From Eledone cirrhosa (lineage: Eukaryota), in contig CAXHJY010000079.1 of assembly GCA_964016885.1 (NCBI GenBank), positions 124,001-188,000 of the forward strand: a DNA stretch of 64,000 nucleotides. Reading direction: 5' to 3'. Both the position numbers and the translations under genes were made by a program. This document shows, piece by piece, positions 56,858 through 64,000 of the stretch; within the stretch, counting starts at the first letter, position 1, and each line of letters starts with the position of its first letter. The notes under the pieces were generated by a model. That model was not told where the DNA came from and did no database searches. It saw only the letters and a list, made by a program, of their open reading frames with translations.

Positions 56858-58689
56858 ATATTGTATGTATATATATATATATATGTATATATGTATTTAT
56901 TGGCCTCAGAAGGATGAAAGGCCAAGATAACAGTCGCAGGATTTGAACTCAGAATGCAGAGATTAAAATATTTGGGGGCAACAGCAAATTAAATCAATTC
57001 AAGTACTGTACTTAATTGATATTTTATTTTACTGATCCCAGAAGAACGACCCCGGAAAGATGACCCCAGAAGGGTGACCTTAGAAGGATGACCCTGGAAG
57101 AATGACCTCAGAAGGATGACCCTGGAAGAATGACCTCAGAAGCATAGTTGACCTACGATAGATTTAAACTCAGAACATAAAAAATCCTGAATAAGTACCG
57201 CAATGGTATTTTGATCTGATCTATTTAATTCTGACAATCCACCACCTTTAGTATACAGCAGAATTAACAACTCAGACCAGAGTTCAATTCCTAGACAAGG
57301 CTCAACTTCTTCTATCCCATATTGGAATTTATGAATAAGTCTTTACATCATTCTTCCTCACCAAAGTTTTCCTTCTTGTGCCAAGTAGAAAAAACAAAAA
57401 AGAATTTTTATAAACTGACAGCAACCAGAAAGAAAATCGAAATGGATCAATATTTAGAAATAGAAAATTTTATGGAATGTAATAAAACGGTTTCACCCAG
57501 TGTTTCAACCCCCCCCCCCTACCAGGGCACACGTAAATATGCTTATTTCACAACACTCAACATAAATATATCTTAAATAAGAAAACACAAGGTCATGTGA
57601 CACCCACTTTGTGCTAACTTTGACAGGGAAATATTAATTTGATATCTTCCCTCACCACCTATCTCTTGCACTTTTGACAAGATGTTCAGTGGTCATGCAG
57701 AAGCTTTCTATAGCTATCTACCAAGGTATCTATCTATTTTTCAACAATAAATGCAGCAACATCTATCTGTTTATCTATCTATCAAACTATCTATCTGTAT
57801 GCATAACTGTGTGTCTTTCTATTTTTTTGGTCTAACTGTCTGTTTGTCTGTTTCCATGTCTATTTATTTGGGTAGGTACTATCTGCCTACCTATCTATCT
57901 ATATTTAGCTATCTATCTATCTATCTATCGATCTATACCTATTTACTTAACTCCCTATCTATCTGTGTCTATCTGACTGTCAATCTATAGTTATTGATTT
58001 ATATATATTTACCAATGAATCTACCTTTGAACAAGAACAACAATAACAACAAAGACCAATAGCAGTCTAAACATCGAGAGACTAATAGATACAAAATCAT
58101 CACAATTTAGTGGATATATGTTTGATAATAATTAAAGAAAATAGAGGAAAATTATTGCAATGATTTAAATGAATATAAAGTGAGATAAAGTGAGATATGG
58201 TGATTATTGGAAGGACATAAAGGAGAAGACCATGGAAGATTGAGGGCTCAAGTATCTTTACATAGAATGTTGTAATTAAGGAATTATCAAATTAAATATA
58301 TTTTATTATAAACCTTGATATATTTGACAGGTACTATGTTAGTATATATATATAGATATATATATGTGCATATATATATATGTGTGTGCATATATATATA
58401 TATATATACACACACAAGCAGGACAAGCAGGGAAAAGCAGACGTAAAATGATGATGATATATATATCATCATCATCGTCATCATCATCGTTTAATGTCTA
58501 TCTTCCACGCTAGCATGGGTTTAGACGGATATATATATATATATCAGTGTTTGCTGTTTAATTCCAAGGTGCAATGCTTTCAACAAGTAACTTCCCGTAC
58601 ACATCTAACCGTGCTCATGTGGAGTTGCATGTCTTCTGTAGTGCAGTACACCGGCAATGAACTCAATCCTCTGCCATTTTCTTCATGAT

Positions 58690-58815
58690 GGTCAAATGCA
58701 TAAGGTCAGCCTTCACCGCATCATCCTAAGTTTTCCTAGGTCTTCCTCTTATCTAGATTCCACAGACTTTGAGTGCTGTACTCATATGTATACAGCTGCT
58801 ATCTTCCATATTACA
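58690..58815 (-). mobile_element. RTE-type LINE fragment
   Basis: Minus translation ...RGRPRKT*DDAVKADL. Confidence 0.7.
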
Positions 58816-58830
58816 TTTCATGTGTGTGTG

Positions 58831-58896
<66 letters not shown>

Positions 58897-58899
<3 letters not shown>

Positions 58900-59049
58900 C
58901 AAAGAAAGTGTGGTAAGGAACCAGGTGGACCATAACGTACCAGAGTACTCAATACTTAGGGTAGTAGAGTGGGTAATAGATCTGAACTTAGTTCGGATCT
59001 TGCTGTAGAAATGGCTGGAGCTCAGCCATCGGGCTCCTGACTCTTTTTC
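58897..59049 (+). mobile_element. PLE-like non-coding element (cap + hammerhead 3' half), relative of 37930-38125
   Basis: 58897-58978 is the reverse complement of 38043-38125; followed by the GATCTGAACT/AGTTCGGATC hairpin and GAAATGGCTGGAGCTCAGCCATC. Confidence 0.7.
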
Positions 59050-59414
59050 TGTATATATGTATATATATATATATATATATATACATGGTCTTCCTGGTTT
59101 CCATACGGCAGGCACTTAAGGACCAACATGTCCAACTTGAGCCGATGAAAATGAACCAGAAAATCTTTTTGTTTTCATCCGGCACAGGTTGAATGTGTTC
59201 GTCCTTAGGGCTAAAGGAATGTATGTACCTGGCATGGCGCCGCTGTCATTACGGGCCTTATAATTATATTCAAAGACACCCTATACACATTATATATATA
59301 AATATATATATGTCATCATCATCGTTTAATGTCTATTTTCCATGCTAGCATGGGTTAGATGGGTTGTTCCGTTTGAGCTAAATCGGGTCAGGTGACCGTG
59401 CCTGGCTCATACAA

Positions 59415-59447
<33 letters not shown>

Positions 59448-59704
59448 CGTATGTGTGTGTGTATGTATGTATATGTATGTGTATGTGTGTGTGTGTAAGT
59501 GTTATTTTAAAAATATACTATTGATGTGCTATAAATTTGTCATTTACCACAAAATTCTAAATGAAATAATTGCAAATTTAACATAAAAATAATCATTTCG
59601 TTATACACCCATGCACACAAATACACACACATATATATATATGGACCGTCTAAACCCATGCTAGCGTGGAAGATAGACGTTAAACGATGATGATGATGAT
59701 GATG

Positions 59705-59736
<32 letters not shown>

Positions 59737-60015
59737 TTATTAAATATACATACATAATTCATATCTATATATAGACTTACATTTACTACATATATATGTT
59801 TGTATATATATATATATATATAAATATATGTGTGTATATATATGTGTGTATGTATATATATATAAATATATATATATGTGTGTGTGTGTGTGAGTATATT
59901 TTAAGAGAAATATAAAAGTATGTAGTCAGCATTTTCAGTTTATTGGCGGAAATTATGAATAAACATTACTTTTTATGTTAGAGGTGAATGGATAAATCGA
60001 GAGAGAGAGGCATAT

Positions 60016-60099
<84 letters not shown>

Positions 60100-60222
60100 T
60101 CTTTATAAAATGATTTCTTTAAGAATAAAAACCTCACAAAAATACAAATTACATTAATTTCTATATAAAAATCAAATATATTGAAATGTGCATTAATAAA
60201 TATATCTAAGTATAAATGTGTG

Positions 60223-60255
<33 letters not shown>

Positions 60256-60269
60256 ATATATATGTATAT

Positions 60270-60375
60270 CCTGGGTTCAATCAGTTGTAACCACAGTAAA
60301 GTACTCAATACATAGAGTATAAATATTGATGATTTCCTTTGAATGAAACAGTTCTAGTCCTGTAGACGCCATTTC
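60270..60375 (+). mobile_element. PLE-like non-coding element (cap + hammerhead truncated at C3)
   Basis: GTACTCAATACATAGAGTAT, then TGATGA-TTTC-CTTT-GAAT-GAAACAG-TTCTAGTC-CTGTA; same family as 56123. Confidence 0.75.
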
Positions 60376-60387
60376 TCTCTCTCTATA

Positions 60388-60549
60388 TATAAATAATATA
60401 AAATCAAAAGATGGTTAAAAGAGTTCCATGTATTTTATTATGCGCATTTCAAAAACAGATATCATCATGGGATGATATTTGTTTTTGAAATGCGCATAAT
60501 AAAATACATGGAACTCTTTTAACCATCTTTTGATTTTATATTATTTATA
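60388..60549. repeat. Fold-back palindrome (79-bp arms, 4-nt loop)
   Basis: 60388-60466 is the reverse complement of 60471-60549 with 1 mismatch. Confidence 0.96.
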
Positions 60550-60630
60550 CTCCAGTCCTATAAACTGTTGAGTGCTACTTATCCGATATTTGCATTGCTT
60601 TATTGTGCTACAATAAAACTCACCTCCTAC

Positions 60631-60680
<50 letters not shown>

Positions 60681-60683
<3 letters not shown>

Positions 60684-60854
60684 GGCGTGTGGCTGAGTGG
60701 TTAGAGAATTGGATTCGCAATCGTAAGGTTGTGAGTTCGATTCCTGGACCAGGTGATGCGTTATGTCCTTGAGCAAGACACTTTATTTCACGTTGCTCCT
60801 TCTACCTGGAGTTGCGACCGATAGATAGTATTAGCAATTGGAAAGACCAACGGA

Positions 60855-60860
<6 letters not shown>
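60681..60860 (+). mobile_element. SINE family A
   Basis: A/B boxes and CORE-like block; near-identical to 1-163(-). Confidence 0.92.
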
Positions 60861-60902
<42 letters not shown>

Positions 60903-61092
60903 ATATATAAGACCAGGATTAGCGATTTTAACCTACCAAGACCATTATTCATGAGAGGTCTCAATACTTGGGATAGAGTATAAATATATTATAAAGCTGG
61001 GGCTCCATGGCTGCGATCAGCTGTTGGGCTCTGACTCCATAATATATATATATATATATATACATATGTACATATATTTTTATGCGTGTGTG

Positions 61093-61140
<48 letters not shown>

Positions 61141-61268
61141 ATGATAAATATGTATGTATATATATATATATGGTGATATATATATATATGTATATAAGGT
61201 AAGTTATTCCGGGTTGAATCGGAGGTAACCACAGTAAGTAAGGTACTCAATACATAGCAGAGTATAAA

Positions 61269-61346
61269 AGTTTTAATATAGATGAGATTCTACAGGACTA
61301 GAACTGTTTCATTCTAGTCCTGTAGAATCTCATCTATATTAAAACT
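61269..61346. repeat. Perfect fold-back (35-bp arms, 8-nt loop) of the hammerhead 3' region
   Basis: 61269-61303 is the reverse complement of 61312-61346; the minus strand reads GAATGAAACAGTTCTAGTCCTGTAGAA. Confidence 0.95.
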
Positions 61347-61621
61347 ATACATGTATATATATATATATATTTAAATATATATACATAATGATATATATGT
61401 ATATATATATAAGTATATATACATGATGATATATATGTATATATTTAAGTATATATGCATGATGATGATATATATGTATATATTTAAGTATATATACATG
61501 ATGATATATATGTGTATATTTAAGTATATATACATGATGATATATATATATATTATAATATTCAATGGATTAATGCACTGTGTTCTTGAGCAAGATATTT
61601 TTGTTTCATTACACAGTGCTT

Positions 61622-61965
61622 TATGTTAGGACTGAGGCCCCTATCGCTAAAACACAAATATACAGTGTGTTCAGGATAGGATTGGGTCCCTATCACTGAA
61701 ACACACTTATAGGACTGGGACATAATCCCTAAAGCACAAATATACAGAGTTTTCATGATACGACTGGGGCCTTATCACTAATATACATATACAGAATTTT
61801 CTTGTTAAGACTGGGGTCCCTATCGCTAGAACACATATAGTGGGGCCACTTTCACTAAAACACAGTCTTTCTGTGATAAGACTGGGGCCCCTATTGCTAA
61901 AACAGACATATACAGAGTTTTCATGTTAAAACCAGGGCCCCTATTACTAAAATGCAAATACAGCA
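61622..61965. repeat. Degenerate tandem repeat (about 50-bp unit) derived from a SINE segment
   Basis: Recurring TAAGACTGGGG(T)CCCTATC, also found in the CORE-like SINE body; preceded by TGTTCTTGAGCAAGA. Confidence 0.7.
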
Positions 61966-62034
61966 TATTTTGAGATGCAACCTTGATAAATGGCTAAATA
62001 CACTTCTATAAGTGGAAGCTGTAAATTGTATTTT

Positions 62035-62247
62035 TTAACCTTTTAGCATTTAAACCGGCCATACCCAGCCAGAATTCTCTCACCTCTATCTGTCAAACCA
62101 GCTGTAACTGGCCGCTCATATTTATGTTAAGATACTGTTCTCAAAATGAATAATATCAAAATCTCAGATTCGATATTATGTGAGGTAAAGTCTTCCCCGT
62201 GAAAATATAGTAGTATATATAGAGTAATGTAAATGCTAAAGGTTTAA
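62035..62247 (+). mobile_element. piggyBac-type MITE
   Basis: TTAA-CCTTTTAGCATTTA...TAAATGCTAAAGGT-TTAA. Confidence 0.86.
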
Positions 62248-62365
62248 GTTAATATATATATATATATATATATATTTATTTTAATATAGAAAAGCTTCTA
62301 CAGGACTAGAACTGTTTCATTCATGAGAAATGATTAATGATTTCTCATGAAATATAAAGATAGAA

Positions 62366-62435
62366 GTATATATAAAGATAGAAGAACCATATATATATAT
62401 ATATATATATATGGTTCTTCTATCTTTATATATAC
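62366..62435. repeat. 70-bp perfect palindrome centred on (AT)12
   Basis: GTATATATAAAGATAGAAGAACC-(AT)12-GGTTCTTCTATCTTTATATATAC. Confidence 0.93.
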
Positions 62436-62482
62436 ACACATACATTTATATAGTTATAATAAATGTGAAGACCACAATCCAG

Positions 62483-62533
62483 AGTTTCAGGTGATCCTGC
62501 TTAGGGTGAAAGCAGAAATTGTTTGCTTAAACT
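62483..62533 (+). ncRNA. Type I hammerhead-like motif with CAGGTGA core (variant or decayed)
   Basis: AGTTT-CAGGTGA-TCCT-GCTTA-GGGT-GAA-AGCAGA-AATTG-TTTGCT-T-AAACT; homologue of 34850-34900. Confidence 0.55.
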
Positions 62534-62841
62534 TTTAATCTGTACTAATAATATATAGATATATATGAATATATATACATACACAAACATATATAAATGT
62601 ACACGTATGATTATAAATATATATATAGAGAAATATATAGAAAAATAGAGAGATACAAAATGGATTAAACAAAATAAGAACCAAACAACAAGAAAAAAGG
62701 GGGGAAAACAATTAAAAGAACAACTAGTCTTTGAGGAGGTTAGAGAATGTGTGATGAAAGTACTTTATTGAACTAACCAATAACTAGTAGTGAATGAAAT
62801 AGCGTGTATGTTGTATTGGTAATATTGGCAACATGGCCATC

Positions 62842-62887
<46 letters not shown>

Positions 62888-63262
62888 AACACATATATAC
62901 ATAATATAAATATATATAGTCATACATATGTGTATACACACACACACGCACAAATATATATACATGCATACATATATATGTGTGTGTATATATATATATA
63001 TATACACGTACACAACTATATACACATTTATTTCCATATATACATGCACATATATTTGTATATATAATATATATAATTTATATATATATTTAGATATAGA
63101 TATACATACATATATAAATCCATACATATATATATATATATATTATATAATATACATATGATATATATATGTATATATATATATTATATAATATACATAT
63201 GATATATATATGTATATATATATACATTATATAATATACATATGATATATATATGTATATAT

Positions 63263-63375
63263 ATCGTGAACGACAAAGCATAAATGAATTGAGAGAGAGA
63301 CTGAGCATAAGAGGAATCAAATGCTGCGTGCAGGAGAGGCGGTTACGCTGGTATGGACATGTGATGCGTATGAAG
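63263..63375 (+). mobile_element. RTE-type LINE fragment
   Basis: RERQSINELRERLSIRGIKCCVQERRLRWYGHVMRM. Confidence 0.85.
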
Positions 63376-63436
63376 GGAAGACGTAGTACTGAGGTTTGTT
63401 GTTGTAGCTGCTGATACGGATTCTACGTCCTGAACA

Positions 63437-63921
63437 TAGATACATATAAATACATACATACATACATATATATATATATACATACATATACATACATAAA
63501 CATATATATACAAATACATATATATACATATATATACATATACATTTATATACATATATATACATACATACACATATATATACAAATACATATATATACA
63601 TATATATACATACACATATATATACATATCATCATCACTCGTCGACTACTGTCGAGATGATGGTTCATACATACTTATATATACATACATATACATATAT
63701 ATATACATATACATACATACATACATAAACATACATACATATATATACATATATATATATACATAGATATACATACATACATATATATACATATATATAT
63801 ATACATAGATATACATATATATATATACATATACATACATACATACATAAACATATACATACATACATATATATACATATACATACATACATATATATAC
63901 ATATACATACATATATATACA

Positions 63922-63961
<40 letters not shown>

Positions 63962-63967
63962 CATACA

Positions 63968-64000
<33 letters not shown>
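63437..64000. repeat. (TACA/TA)n compound microsatellite
   Basis: Seen directly. Confidence 0.95.

Noticed and set aside
57322-57576. 84-aa ORF as a host exon
   Set aside because: It starts within a decayed SINE, and there is no recognisable domain or convincing splice pair.
60681-60755. tRNA gene
   Set aside because: A/B boxes are present, but the sequence continues into a SINE body and is multicopy, so it is a SINE head.

Overview
AT-rich eukaryotic intergenic or intronic DNA. The repeat signature (tRNA-derived SINEs with RTE-type tails, very abundant (TA)n/(CA)n/(GGT)n/(GAT)n) suggests an octopus or other coleoid cephalopod; this is inference. No host protein-coding exon can be supported. 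Almost all long ORFs in the track are translations of microsatellites or minisatellites. Recognisable content: many SINEs of at least three families, truncated RTE-type and R4/Dong-type LINE fragments, a decayed Penelope-like (PLE) GIY-YIG remnant, TTAA-flanked piggyBac-type and TA-flanked Tc1/mariner-type MITEs, and about 20 minisatellites, several grown from inside SINEs or MITEs. The most interesting signal is a set of about 15 short non-coding insertions, mostly in (TA)n tracts and from several sequence families. They share an ACTC-N8-16-GAGT hairpin cap, a type I hammerhead ribozyme (complete, variant or truncated) that is usually inverted relative to the cap, and frequent near-perfect fold-back palindromes that turn around in or next to the ribozyme core. 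Complete hammerheads fold by hand at 669-734(+)/429-494(-) and 56123-56173(+). A CAG-for-CUG core variant recurs at 34850-34900(-) and 62483-62533(+). All alignments and folds were done by eye, so coordinates of degenerate elements are approximate.
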